Assembly: GCA_951406725.2 (NCBI GenBank)
Contig: OX597815.1
Location: 35,464,001-35,528,000 of the forward strand
Direction: 5' to 3'
Source of the DNA: Octopus vulgaris
Taxonomy: Eukaryota
Length of the DNA stretch: 64,000 nt
Both the position numbers and the translations under genes were made by a program. Shown in pieces: positions 12,938 through 25,950 of this stretch; the stretch's first letter is position 1; each line of letters begins with the position of its first letter. Under the pieces are notes generated by a model. That model was not told where the DNA came from. It ran no database searches and saw only the letters and a program-made list of their open reading frames with translations.

Positions 12938-14363
12938 GTCTTATACCAACTCCCCCATGCAATTTCCTCCCACCCGGTGCAACCTGTCGGCTCCAGCACA
13001 TCCCGCTTTTTTTACTTTTATTTTTACTTTTATCCTACTTCCATTTATTTTTATTTTTAATTTTATTTTTACTTTTATTCTACTTCCATTTATTCTCATT
13101 TTCATTTTCATCCCTTACCTTAACTCTTATAATTTTTATAATTCTTATACTTCATTTCTAACTATTACATTGTATTTCTTATTTTATACTGTATTTTTTA
13201 TTTCTAATCTTTACCCTTACCCTCTTTCTTACCCCTAACTTATCGCTTTACACCTCTATATATGTTTATTTACTTACCTATAGATCCACCTTTTGAATAT
13301 ACGAGCGTCCGCGTACGTGTGTATACGCATACATACATATGCGCGCGCATATATGTACATGCATACTTCGATATCTTATAGCTATACCCATGTGCGCGTG
13401 TGTCTCTCTGTGTGTGTATATGGGTGTATATGTGCACGCACATACGGACACACAGCCGTGTGTGCGTGCGCATATTGACATGAGTACGGGATTCTTTACT
13501 TACGTTCTTTAATATCTTATACCTGGACCTAGAGGCGTGGGCATATACGTGTGTGTATGTAGTGATGGGCGCGCGTATATACATGTGAGCGTGTACGCGC
13601 GTAATGTCCGTGTATATATGCGGATATTCTGTTGTATGTATGTGTGTGTACGCGCGTGCGTGTGGGTGCGTGTGTGTTTATGTACGTGTTTACACGCGAG
13701 TGCGTGTGTATGCTTATAGGCTTGGAGGCGTATATGTACGCGTGTATGTGGGTGTATGTATCCATGATGATATGTATGTACTAGAAGTCCATTTAATTCA
13801 AGGAACCAGATTAAATGCTCATCAGCTCTGATTTACAACGCATTAAGTCCCCAGACGAAACTGTTGATTTACTGACAATTCTACAACTAAATTTTATCAA
13901 TCTCCTGACCACCATGCTTGGTCCGTAACCTCTATACATCCCTTATCTTTACATTCTTTTACACTTTTATCATGGTTTTATTTCTATTTCTATTTTTACT
14001 TTATAACCTTATGCCTTTACATTTATTTATATTTCTTTATATTTCTTTATACCCCCTTTACATCTCCTTACAACTCTTTATATCTTTATCCTCTACATTT
14101 TTATATTATTCTATACTTACACTTTTTATACAATTTTTATCCCTCGTCCCGAACTCTCGCCCCTCCATCTTCACCTCTATATATGTATTTATTTATTTAC
14201 ATTACCTCAACATCCAATTTTCCTCATTCTACATTGAGAGAAGAAAGAGATGGACGCTTCAATTCTATGCTGCTGCCGCATTATGTCGTACGTGAATGAG
14301 AGGATTTGCATCCCCAACCAAGAATTTTTGATGTAACACATGTCCTTGTGGAAGCTGTTGTGC

Positions 14364-14440
14364 GCGGCTGAAGAAGGCACAGACATACATTATGCATTGT
14401 TATAAATCTGTCTAATAAAGGCCCGAAACATATGTACCGC
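14364..14440 (+). ncRNA. Type I hammerhead ribozyme (right-arm copy)
   Basis: GCGG-CTGAAGA-AGGC...GGCCC-GAAA-CATATG-TA-CCGC, with predicted cleavage after A14436. One C is missing from stem II relative to the left copy. Confidence 0.7.
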
Positions 14441-14547
14441 TGAATCCTTCGCATCATGTTTTTATTTTATTTTGAACAATTTACTCCACCACCTACACCA
14501 CCAAACGGTATACACAGGTGATTATAATTATCAAGTACTCACCCCGA

Positions 14548-14595
<48 letters not shown>

Positions 14596-15185
14596 AATTC
14601 AAGTGCCTCCCGTTTCCAGTAATACTGTGATTCTTTATTACCACCAGCAAGTGTCAAGGACATTTTGTCAAAGTTGTTGGGATTGAACTTATAAGTCCAT
14701 CATTCTCACATGGTCACATCTATGTTGTATGCTCCCATATTAGAATAAAACGACAGTTTTCAACAGAACACCAAACTGCAGTGCAAGAAATGTTGTCTAA
14801 CACAGACTTCGTGCTGGATAAAGTACGTTTTTGCTAGAATATCTTATGATTTTACTTATACGTCTACTTAATCACACGAAATTGTATAAAGTAAAACACA
14901 AAGATGGTATTTTCTGAAGCTACATATTTTAAATTAACAATGAACATAGTCTCAAAAGATGTGCTTATCATAGAAATCGGAAAAAAACATCAGCTTTAAA
15001 CATGTATCTGTATTCCAATAAAAAATATTTTCTAAACACGGTTACTTGGAAAAAGCAATACTTAAAAAAAACTTACTATATGTTAAGTCATTTCAGTTTG
15101 TCGAAAAAGAATTCGGCCTGTTGGCGTGTGTGAGCGTCATGTATCTACACACACACACATACTCACACACACACACACACACACT

Positions 15186-15217
<32 letters not shown>

Positions 15218-16161
15218 CACACACACAAACAGATATGCATACGCACAGGCATACATACATACATACAAACATACGCACTGACGCGCGTGTGCATATGTTT
15301 GAAAGAGGGAGACAGACAGACATACAAAAGAAAGAAAGGAAAATAACAGAGGCTTGTCGAAGGAAATCAATAAACCTAAAAGTACTGTTGTACCCCGTTA
15401 TATGAAGATAACCGTCTGGCAAGTTAAGTCCACCACTACTTGCCTACTTGACGCTTTGCAGCTTAAATATTTCTTTGGTTTGTTTTGAGTTTTGCGCCTT
15501 AGCAGGAAGGTGTGGACATCGCTGAATCTAATAAATATTAAGTTTTGTATTTACTTAAGAAATTGCTGTTCTATAACGGCAAACAAAAATGAACTGTTGA
15601 TTTCGAATTATATATGTTTCTTTAACTGCCAGGAAGCGATGTTCACCACTTCAGTTATTCATTTGATGTGGTAAATAAAAGGGTTCCTTTAACATTTCTG
15701 TTCCCATTCTTTCCCTCTCTTTCTCACTTTCTCTTCTCCCAGCTTTCCTTCAGATTCTCTCTCTCTCTCTCTCTCTCATGCTACGTTTCTCTCTATCTAT
15801 CTAGTTAGCTCTCCCCCTACGTTTCTCTCTCTTCCTATGTAAAGTTACGAGACTGGTTCGTATGCAGCAGAACGGAGCTATTGAACTAAGGAAGCATGAA
15901 ATGTAACTGAGGTGTCTAATAAAAGAGTAATTCTTTTATAAATTAGACTGAAGAGGGAACAACATTGCCCATGGCAATGTTAATCTTCCAAGAATATTGG
16001 ATAAAGGTAATTGAGTGAGTTTAGTTAAATTAATGTTTAATTTGAATTGTACGGTCGGTGAGTAAAACATGGATGATGGGGGAAATTCTACTGGGATGAG
16101 GTTTATTTGCGGAAAACATTACGACAGGTATTTAAATAAAGGAATGAATGTTGGGATACAG

Positions 16162-16198
<37 letters not shown>

Positions 16199-16229
16199 GA
16201 GAGAAAAAGAGCGAGAACAGAGAAGTTAA

Positions 16230-17700
16230 GCAAGATGGCGGTTTGCATTCACTGTGTTAAAGCAGTCAAATATCCACTGCTTTGTTGAATTGAAAGACAA
16301 AGAAGATGTACACTTCGACGTCGAGCCAGTGGTCGTTGAATACAAACGTATGAAAACTTGCCTTTTGTTATATATTAGTTAATGGAGGAGAGATAATGTC
16401 TGTGATCTTTGCTAACCATCCCAGAGTGGTAAATTGACGTGGCTGTTGCTCTCTGTATTTGCATCTGTTGGGAAAATGTAAGGTAGCATTACAGGGGCAG
16501 ACACACTGAGAAAATACGATTGAGGATCCAGAGTGTGAAAGAGCTTAAGGATAATTAGAGCAGAAGTGGGTGCACTGGATCTATCTGCGCTAAGTGGGTA
16601 TGCAACTGAGTAGTTCACAAGAACAGAGGTCGTCCGAGTAGAAGGCTTTAGATGCATCAAGAGCTTATTGCTCGACCATCTCCTGATTCATCCATAAATT
16701 AGTAGATACAGTAACAAACCAGAAGACTAGCAGTAGAACGAGAGCCACGAAAGCCATAAAGAACATCAACAAGGAGTCCCAAAGTTTCAAGAAACTCAAT
16801 TAATCTGTTGTTGATGAGCCGTTCAAAAATCTTGCTAACAAACGAGAGGAGGCTAACAAGACTATATTTGTTTGGATCAGAAGATTCACTACCATTCTTC
16901 AAAATTGGTTCAACATCTTGATGAAAAACAGGACTTAGCAAGACAAAGATTTAAATCTTAGAGAACAAAAAGGATATCTGAGGAGCACACTGTTTCATGA
17001 CAACCGCATGAATGCTTTGAAAACCAGACACTTTAGACTGAGCCCCTTAACTACTAACTTCGGAGTTATGACGATAGACTTAAGAACTTGTTCTGTATGA
17101 GAAGGAAACTTAGGAAGAGATGCACCTGAATCATCAAGGGTAGAGTTAGCAGAAAGCAAACGTGCAAAAAGGTGAACTTTTTTCTGCGGAAAATCCCAAA
17201 CATGACACCATCAAAAAGTGGTGGTCACAACATACTTAACAGGATTGATTTTCCTAAAGTCCCAACTTCCAAGCTTCTGTGAGGCTGTGGATTTAAGAAC
17301 CCTGCGAGCATAAGAGGATTTAGCATCCGCAGCAGTCCTTTTACAAGCATTTCTAGTTCTCGGGAAAGCGAGCCGAGAATCAGCGGACTGAACCCGTTGG
17401 AAACGTTGATAAAAGAGATTCCGATGAGCAACAGCAGATGCACACTTTGCATTGAATCAGGGCGGAGAGTCAGGTTTTACCCTAAAATTGAGATTAGGAA
17501 CAAAAGTGTCAATGCTAATTTGTACCCACTCTGGGAATTCAACAGCTGCATCAGTGGTAGCTTTCCCAAAGACAAAAGTACAAGGAACATTTTGAAGAGT
17601 CAGCTTTTGTATATATCACATCCGCATTGCAATACTAATAACCTGACGTTAGAACTCAGTACACATATGCTTCAGAGCAAAGTGTTAGCCGAGTACAGAG
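16230..17700 (-). pseudogene. Decayed CR1-group LINE ORF2 fragment (N-terminal RT region)
   Basis: SKVSGFQSIHAVVMKQCAP, then PILKNG..SDPNKYSLVSLLSFVSKIFERLINNRL...YGFRGSRST. Frameshifted; boundaries approximate. Confidence 0.75.
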
Positions 17701-18007
17701 AAGAATAAAAGATTATATTAATGACAAAGGAGTAAGAAATTAAGTAGTAAACCACATGGAGAAGGAAAATCAAGCCCTTAACATTTTGTTGAACTTTTAT
17801 TGGAAAACCTTTGGAAAGGCACTCCAATATAATACCCGTGACTGAAATAGCTTCTGGTTATCTTCCTTTTTGCTTGTCACTAAATACTTAAGGATAGATA
17901 CTAAGGGAGTGATATATGTATCGCACAAGCGTACGTCTCCTAAATACACTCATGTACAAATGTTTCATCTGAGACGGCTATAATCTGACAGATATATAAG
18001 TTTGTAA

Positions 18008-18082
<75 letters not shown>

Positions 18083-18118
18083 CAGACAGATAGACGGAGA
18101 CGTATATATATATATATA

Positions 18119-18339
18119 AAGTTAATCCAAACAAGAAAACACAAAAAAAAACACACCAACGCGAGGACGTGGAACAAATAAAGTATTATTGGACGCTCAG
18201 GAAAGAAGGGAAGGAGGGTTTAACGTTTCGAGCGGAGCTCTTCGTCGGAAACAAAGGAGAAGGAAAGATCCGAGAAGGAAAGACAGAGGAAAAATTTTTT
18301 TGCTGGCGGTGCTCACGAGGTCACATGTTGAGTGGCTAA

Positions 18340-18341
<2 letters not shown>
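18119..18341 (-). mobile_element. Short (TA)n-embedded element carrying a minimal hammerhead variant, probable PLE pseudo-LTR
   Basis: Minus 18218-18252 reads GTTT-CCGACGA-A-GAGC-TCC-GCTC-GAAA-CG-TT-AAAC. It is homologous to 19090-19285 (shared ACGCTCAGGAA and AGTGGCTAACGAT). Confidence 0.6.
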
Positions 18342-18391
<50 letters not shown>

Positions 18392-19060
18392 GTCTCCGTT
18401 TATCAGAGATTTTACATATTATTGAAATATTTATTAGAGATAATAAACAATATTATAATATTTTTTCTAAAGATAATTTAGATTTTGGATTTTCTACTAC
18501 TAATAATGTTGGTAGTATTATTTCTTCTTATAATAGTTTCAAATTAAAGAAATTTTATAAAGATAGATTTAATAGTAATTCTAATTATAATAATAAAGAC
18601 CATGAGTTTATTTCTTGTACATGTAGGGATAAGTCTACATGTAAATTGAAAAATTATTGTAATTTAGATAATGTAGTATATAGATGTAGAGTAACTATAA
18701 TAGATGATAAGGATTTGAATCATTGTAATTTAAATACTATTTATATTGGGTCTACTTCGAATAAAATTAAAAATAAAATTTCCCAACATATGTATTCTTT
18801 TAGAATAAAAACCTTATAAACTCAACAGGTCTCAGTAAATATATTTGGGATCTTAAATTTAAATCTATTAAATTTAAATTATATTGGGATATTATTTGTA
18901 GGGCTAAATCTTATACTATAGGGAGTAATAGTTGTTCTCTTTGTAATAACGAATTTAGGGAGATTTTATTTCACAAAAATTGTGCGTTGGTAAACTCTTG
19001 AGGAACGTAAAATTAAATGTTAACATAAATTAAAGTACCTTTATAACAGATTTAAATGAT
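18392..19060 (+). pseudogene. Second Hydra-clade-like PLE thumb plus GIY-YIG endonuclease (not in the ORF track)
   Basis: Manual translation gives IFSKDNLDFGFSTTNNVGSIISSYN...SCTCRDKSTCKLKNYCNLDNVVYRC...IYIGSTS, then a frameshift, then NSTGLSKYIWDLK...WDII...CSLCNNE...KC*HK. This is colinear with ORF 12320-12937. Confidence 0.85.
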
Positions 19061-19089
19061 AAATAAATAATTATACTATTTAAAAAAAA

Positions 19090-19283
19090 AGGGAGAGTTT
19101 ACGAAAAAAAGAAAAAAGACGAAGACAGGTGGTATACAAAACAAACAGATGTATTAGTACAACGCTCAGGAATAGAAAAAGTCTTTTACGTTTCAAGCCT
19201 ACGCTCTTCTACAGAAAGGGACACAGAAAAAACAAGGAGAGAAAAAAATGTGTGTAGTGGCTAACGATTTATCATGACGACTG

Positions 19284-19285
<2 letters not shown>
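19090..19285 (-). mobile_element. Short element with a minimal hammerhead variant, related to 18119-18341
   Basis: Minus 19183-19218 reads CTTT-CTGTAGA-A-GAGC-GTAG-GCTT-GAAA-CG-TA-AAAG. Confidence 0.55.
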
Positions 19286-19335
<50 letters not shown>

Positions 19336-19478
19336 TACATGCATAGGTATATGCATGCATATCTATGTATATGAATAAAAATAGAAAAATCAGTGAGCGT
19401 GTGGGGGTGCGCGTGCGTGCATGCGCACGTGATTGAGTATTTAGGAAGTGAGTGTGTGTAAGACAGTGAGAAAGGGAG

Positions 19479-19512
<34 letters not shown>

Positions 19513-19984
19513 CGAGCGAGACTAGGTATGGAAGATATATGTAGGTACCTGGTTTACAAGTTGGGTAGGTAGCAAGAGACAGAGAGAGACAGAGCTTGTT
19601 GAATAAATTAGATGAATGTGCAAAAATATTTTCAGCTGTTCAGGAATTGTAAAGTAAAGTTGTAACCTTGAAATCATATTTGTCTTTTCATTAAATCTTT
19701 TATCCAAAATATTCTGGTTATTGTTCATTTTCCAAGGAAATATATGAAAAAAATTTATGTTAAAGTTGTATTTAAGAACCAGATGCAGTTATTTGACTTG
19801 GCACATTGTTTACACGGGCTGGTGATTATAAGACAATCATGATGCATTGATTAACTCAAAAGAATCACATTTGATTAAAAACTAATCAACTGGAAAATAG
19901 CACACCACGTTTCTTTCATCATGACGATTAAAATAATTAACAGCTCACCATCTGTCCATTTCTTACTGTTGTAATATATGCATA

Positions 19985-20478
19985 ACATCACACACACACA
20001 CACAAACACACACACATACACACACACTCACGTACAATCATATATACATATATGCATACATATATATATATATGTAAATAGATATATAAACATACGCACA
20101 CGTACATATATGTATATATACGTTTATGTACATGATATATACACACGCAATTACCATATACTTGTATGTATAATATATACATACATGCATGCATGCATGC
20201 ATACATACATATATACATACATACATACATACATGCAAGCATACATACATACAAACATGCATACATACATACATAGATACATACATGCAAGCATACATGC
20301 ATACATACATACATAATACATACATACAAGCATACATACATACATACACACATGCACACACACATACATACATACATACATACACACACACATACATACA
20401 TACACACACATACATACATACATGCATACATACATACATACATACATACATACATACATACATACATACATACATACA

Positions 20479-20511
<33 letters not shown>

Positions 20512-20667
20512 TTATGAGCTGTTTAAAGTGTGTTGTAAAATTAGATATTTTGATAATGTTAATAATGTTGAAAATAATAACATCAGCAACAACAATGGCA
20601 ATAACAACTACAACAACAACATCATAAACAACAACAATAATAAGTATTATTATTATTATTATTATTA

Positions 20668-20714
<47 letters not shown>

Positions 20715-20715
20715 A
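19985..20715. repeat. Compound microsatellite (CA)n/(CATA)n/(CAA)n/(TTA)n
   Basis: Direct reading of the sequence. Confidence 0.95.
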
Positions 20716-22446
20716 TGATAAAGGGAAAATGTCTCTAACACTTTTTTCCTTTGATGAATCATCTTTCAATTACGGGTATGAATGGTGTGAGGTAGATGAG
20801 CGATTGGGATTTGTTCAAGTTTTGAGTTCAGTACGTCACTTTTCATTGAGACTGATTTTTGCCTTTCATCCTTCTCAAGTTGATAAATTACTGCGTCAAA
20901 TTACTTGACTATAGATCTCTCAGACAACAAACAAAGCAGTGTAGCAAGCCAATATACTGTGCCCATGCATTTACTCTTTTTTTCTGAACCTTGTAATGAA
21001 CTAATGGAAATCCAAACCTTAACGTTTGATATCTAAGTAAAGGAACTACTATAGACAATTTTGACAGCACCATGATTTGTTAATCGAAGAGAAGAAAGAA
21101 AAAAAAATACAGATTATGTGAAGCAGTTTTCTAAATGTAAAATTTACGCTGCACTGAACATAACTGCCTGCAAACGTAAAAATCACACATAAAGGTTGAA
21201 CTACAACTGCTTGGAGGTAACCTTAATAATGAATCAACAAACTTATTTCATAGATTTGTTAGTATATGTTATGTTCTACCTAGAAGCATAGCTTATATGT
21301 TTGTTTTGTTTTGTTTTTTCATCCTCTATACTAATTTAAATTCAAAGCAATTCGATGAATTAATTTAAACCTAATGAATGGAAATGTGATCATCCAACGC
21401 TACCTCCCTCGCGGTCTTGGCAGTTAAGTAATAAGCAGAGCAACACACATTTGTCTGTCTGCTTTATCTGCTTTTCTTCTAATCATGCAGCATCTGAAAC
21501 CCCACAGTGATTTTTTTTTTCTCCAGACTATAAAATAGAAGACACTTACAATAAATATCTCATTAAATGAAGAGTAATTCTCTGTCAGGATTGCCCAAAC
21601 TATCCAATGAAGCGATTTTCCTGGGACGACAATATCATTGAAAGAGGTCTCTGACCTCTTTATAGCCAATTCATGTTTTCTTTTTCTTCTTGTTTTCTTT
21701 TTTTTTTGTTATTATTACTTTATTTATTTTTTTCACTTCATTTACAGTGGACTCAAGCCAATGAAAGAGCAGCTATGCGTTCGTTCGACTTACTAGACAA
21801 AGCAGCCGAATTTTCTTCAAAACACATCTTACCACCATTAAGAAGGTATTATGATGAGTTTTAACATAAACGCTGCTTCACTTTTAAGGGAAGCAGTGAA
21901 TCGAACGATCACCCAACACGTTTTTGCTATTATTAATAACCGAGATTGATTTTTGCTTTCTGCCTTTTGGAGTCGATAAGATAAGTACTATTCAAACATT
22001 GGGGTCGATATAATCACAACCCCCAAATTTCAAGCCTTGTGCTTATAACAGAAAGAATCATTAAAATATTGGTTTCAAATTTTAGCATAAGGCCAGCAAT
22101 TTCGGGGGGTGGGGATAGATCGATTACATCAATCCTAGTGTTCAACTGGTACTTCTTTTATCGACCTCTGCAGGATTTGAACTCAGAACGTAAAGACGGA
22201 CGAAATGCTGCCTGACATGCCAAAGATTTTGCCAGATCACCCCTTAAGAATTATTGAAATATTGGTTTCAAATTTTGGCACATGGGCCAGCAAATTCGAG
22301 AGAAGGGGTAAGTCGGTTACATCAACATCAATCTTATAAATATTAACCAAAATGAAGATTGACGTGTTTATTTTTGGACCTGTTGAAGATACACAAGATA
22401 TTGAAATATCGTTCCCTTCATGACAATAGCACTCTTCTTTTTTTTG

Positions 22447-22447
22447 C

Positions 22448-22489
<42 letters not shown>

Positions 22490-22500
22490 CATCATCATCA

Positions 22501-22540
<40 letters not shown>

Positions 22541-22551
22541 CATCATCATCA

Positions 22552-22592
<41 letters not shown>
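22447..22592. repeat. (TTA)n/(TCA)n microsatellite
   Basis: Direct reading of the sequence. Confidence 0.98.
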
Positions 22593-22593
<1 letters not shown>

Positions 22594-23068
22594 TATGTTT
22601 GACTTTTGCTTTATGTCTGTACAAGTTGGCTCCAAGTCTCACCCAGAGACCTCAAGAGACAACAGGTTGGAAGTTCTGTGCCATATATTTGGGGGTTTTT
22701 TTGTTGTTTTTTTTGGTGTTGTACTAGTGAATGTCTAATACATAAAAATAAAAAATAAAATAAAAAATTAAAATTAAAAATAAAATTAAAAATTAAAAAA
22801 TTTTTTTTTTTAAAGTTTGTTCTAAACCTTGGGATTACATAGAGAGTATTTTGCGTAGGATATGAGCAGTTCCTATGAGCACTATCTTTTGAATTTCTGC
22901 CATTTTGGGGTTTCCTGGTATCAGAGTTAGATAGCAATCAGTCCCTTTCGCTATCATTCCCAGGGCACCTATGACAACAGGTATTGTTTTAGTCTTCAGC
23001 TTCCACATTTTGCTGATTTCTATTTCAAGATCTTTATATTTGCTCAGTTTTTGGTAGGTCTTGACAGA

Positions 23069-23070
<2 letters not shown>
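22593..23070 (-). mobile_element. 5'-truncated R4/Dong-like LINE inserted in (TAA)n
   Basis: Minus 23070-22835 translates as KTYQKLSKYKDLEIEISKMWKLKTKTIPVVIGALG...IQKIVLIGTAHILRKILSM*, the restriction-like endonuclease C-terminus. A 3' UTR follows, and (TAA)n lies on both sides. Confidence 0.85.
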
Positions 23071-23131
<61 letters not shown>

Positions 23132-23132
<1 letters not shown>

Positions 23133-23700
23133 GAGTGAGAGAGCAGTTCATGCCATCAAAGTGACACTGGGGTAAAATATACGAAGCCCAGTATACCCAT
23201 CATGACTACCCGTCTGATAAGGGTACACCAGGCACATGCATCACAACCATATGTGCGCGACATGGTGATCTCATATCAAGATAAACAGCACATGACCTAG
23301 CAGGTGGGGCCCAGTTAGAATTTTCTTCTGGTCGAGTAACCCACCACGCTCAAAAGGTCCCTGAATAAGGGTTGTTTAAGGATGTTGAATGAAACACCCA
23401 TGTTTCCATAGGTGAGTTATTCAAACCCCGAAGAATCCCTCTCAACACATGGCTATGATGCTCCCCTACTACTTCTGCTCGTGATCAGAGTTGCACATAT
23501 CGTCAGCCACTAAGGGACATGCTCAACTGGTTACGGTCAAACAACTGACAAGCAAATCTGTGATATTGAGCAGAATATTTGCTGTAGCCCATCTTTTATA
23601 CCAAGACAAAACAATGTACATGATAACACTTCCAATCAGTTAAGATCAGAAGCCACGAGAGCCACTGCCTGGTACTGCATCAGAGCATTTATACTGCATT
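23132..23700. mobile_element. ~570-bp non-coding interspersed element inserted in (TTA)n
   Basis: (TTA)n flanks both sides. A diverged partial copy at 45676-45903 also starts in TTA repeats. Confidence 0.7.
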
Positions 23701-23705
23701 ATTAC

Positions 23706-23772
<67 letters not shown>

Positions 23773-23773
<1 letters not shown>

Positions 23774-24175
23774 GGTGGCGAGCTGGCAGAAACGTTAGCA
23801 CGCCGGGCGAAATGCTAAGCGGTATTTCGTCTGCCGTTACGTTCTGAGTTCAAATTCCGCCGAGGTCGTCTTTGCCTTTCATCCTTTCGGGGGTCGATAA
23901 ATTAAGTACCAGTTACGCACTGAGGTCTATATATTCGACTTAATCCGTTTGTCTGTCTTTGTTTGTCCTCTCTGCGTTTAGCCCCTTGTGGGTAGTAAAG
24001 AAATAGGTATTTCGCCCCCGTCGCTACATTCTGAATTCAAATTCCGCCGAAGTCGACTTTGCCTTTCATCCTTTCAGGTTCTATAAATTAAGTACCAGTG
24101 GAACACTGGGGTCGATTTAATTGACACATCCCCTCCCCCAAAATTGCTATCCTTGTGGCAAAATTTGAAACCATC
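23773..24175 (+). mobile_element. tRNA-derived SINE with duplicated body
   Basis: A-box-like TGGCAGAAACGTT, B-box GAGTTCAAATTCC and central GCCTTTCATCCTTTCGGGG..CGATAAATTAAGTACC (Meta-domain-like). The B box and body are repeated from ~24005. Confidence 0.85.
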
Positions 24176-24378
24176 ATTATTATTATTATTATTATTATTA
24201 TTACATAATATTTTGTCTATAAACTCAGTCTTGTGGACAATAGAGGGTTTCCGCAGGTTCACTACATTTACGGTAGCTAGACTGACAAAGAACTGATTCT
24301 GCAACTTGGGCAGAACAGATATCACAAGGGATTTCTTTTAAAAGTACCAATTTCTCACTTTTGTTTCCATTGTTTACA

Positions 24379-24561
24379 GTATGTATGTATGTATGTATGT
24401 ATGTATGTATGTATGTATGTATGTATGTATGTATGTATGTATGTATGTATGTATGTATGTATGTATGTATGTATGTATGTATGTATGTATGTACGTATGT
24501 ATGTATGTATGTATGTATGTATGTATGTATGTATGCAGGTATGTACATATGTATGAATGTA

Positions 24562-24642
<81 letters not shown>
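24379..24642. repeat. (GTAT)n and (TA)n microsatellites
   Basis: Direct reading of the sequence. Confidence 0.98.
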
Positions 24643-24647
<5 letters not shown>

Positions 24648-25318
24648 TATATAGAGAGATATACATATTATATAATATATATTACAAAACCTTAATTTTG
24701 AATTAAATAAGAATGTAAATATATTCTTTCTATGCTGTTAATGTTCGGAAAAAAGAGAGATGTTTGGACTGTTTCATTGTTTGTTTTCTTCTCTTTACAC
24801 CAGAAGTGCACAGGTTCTTTTCCACTAACCAACAGTACATATCAACTGATATATAAAACAATCATAAACTAAGCCAACTCGTAAGAGGGTAGCAGGTGGT
24901 TTCTCATTAATTAAATGATATCTATCTATTTTCGTGTGTAACACAGAAGGATTGAAAAGAAGTTAAAGATTGTAAAGTCCCGTTGTGTATTAAATAAAAA
25001 TGCAAACTCGTTTTTCTATACTATTGATTGTAGAAAAAGAAGGAGAGAGTCTCTAGACCATTTCTCTAGACCATTTCACGTTTGTGAAGCTCGTCAGAGA
25101 AGTGATACTCAGCTTTTTGCCTTAATCAAAAGCATATCTTGATATAAAGCTGCTATAAATTAGACCGGCACATTAGTAACATCATCCATCGTGGGACTCC
25201 CTCTCACTTTTTTCTGTACATCAATAGCATAGGTAAATGTGCTTACATTCTTATTTAACTCACAGTGAGGATTTATAATATCTAAATTTATTTCAGTTCT
25301 TCTGTGCATAAAGTAAGC

Positions 25319-25368
<50 letters not shown>

Positions 25369-25490
25369 CGCGATCACCGTGACCGACCAGGCTATCAGAT
25401 GTTGCTACACATCGCTGGTCACAATGCGCTTCGCATTGTTTTAACCTTCAAATTACGCCACTCCGCTGGCTAAGCAAGCAGGCCAATATA

Positions 25491-25526
<36 letters not shown>

Positions 25527-25950
25527 TGTATGTATGTATGTATGTATATATATACATATATATATATGTGTGTATGTGTGTGTGTGTGTGTATATATATA
25601 TATACACACGTACGTATGCATAAATATTATAGAAGTATATACACATACATATATATACATACATAAACATACATATACACACATATATGTATATGTATGT
25701 CTACATAAATATACACAGTAACACCTACATATTACATACACACACAGACATACATGCATGCATATATATACATAGATATATACATGCATACATACATACT
25801 TACATACATACATATACACACATACATGCACACGGACAGATATATAAGAGTGTGGTAAAAGACATCTAGCAAAGGAATCGCAGTGAGATCGAACTCCAAC
25901 CAGTGGGCTGTGTGACAAACTCCTTGACTCTACAACCATGCCAAGGTACA

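Larger units (their letters stand above)
10504..14551 (+). mobile_element. PLE (Hydra-clade-like) 5'-truncated copy with a ~1.8 kb inverted upstream duplicate, forming a 4-kb palindrome
   Basis: Arms 10504-12334 and 12668-14480 are near-identical inverted copies. The spacer is 12335-12667 and the unpaired 3' tail is 14481-14551. (TA)n flanks both sides, and the element contains a GIY-YIG ORF and hammerheads. Confidence 0.9.
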
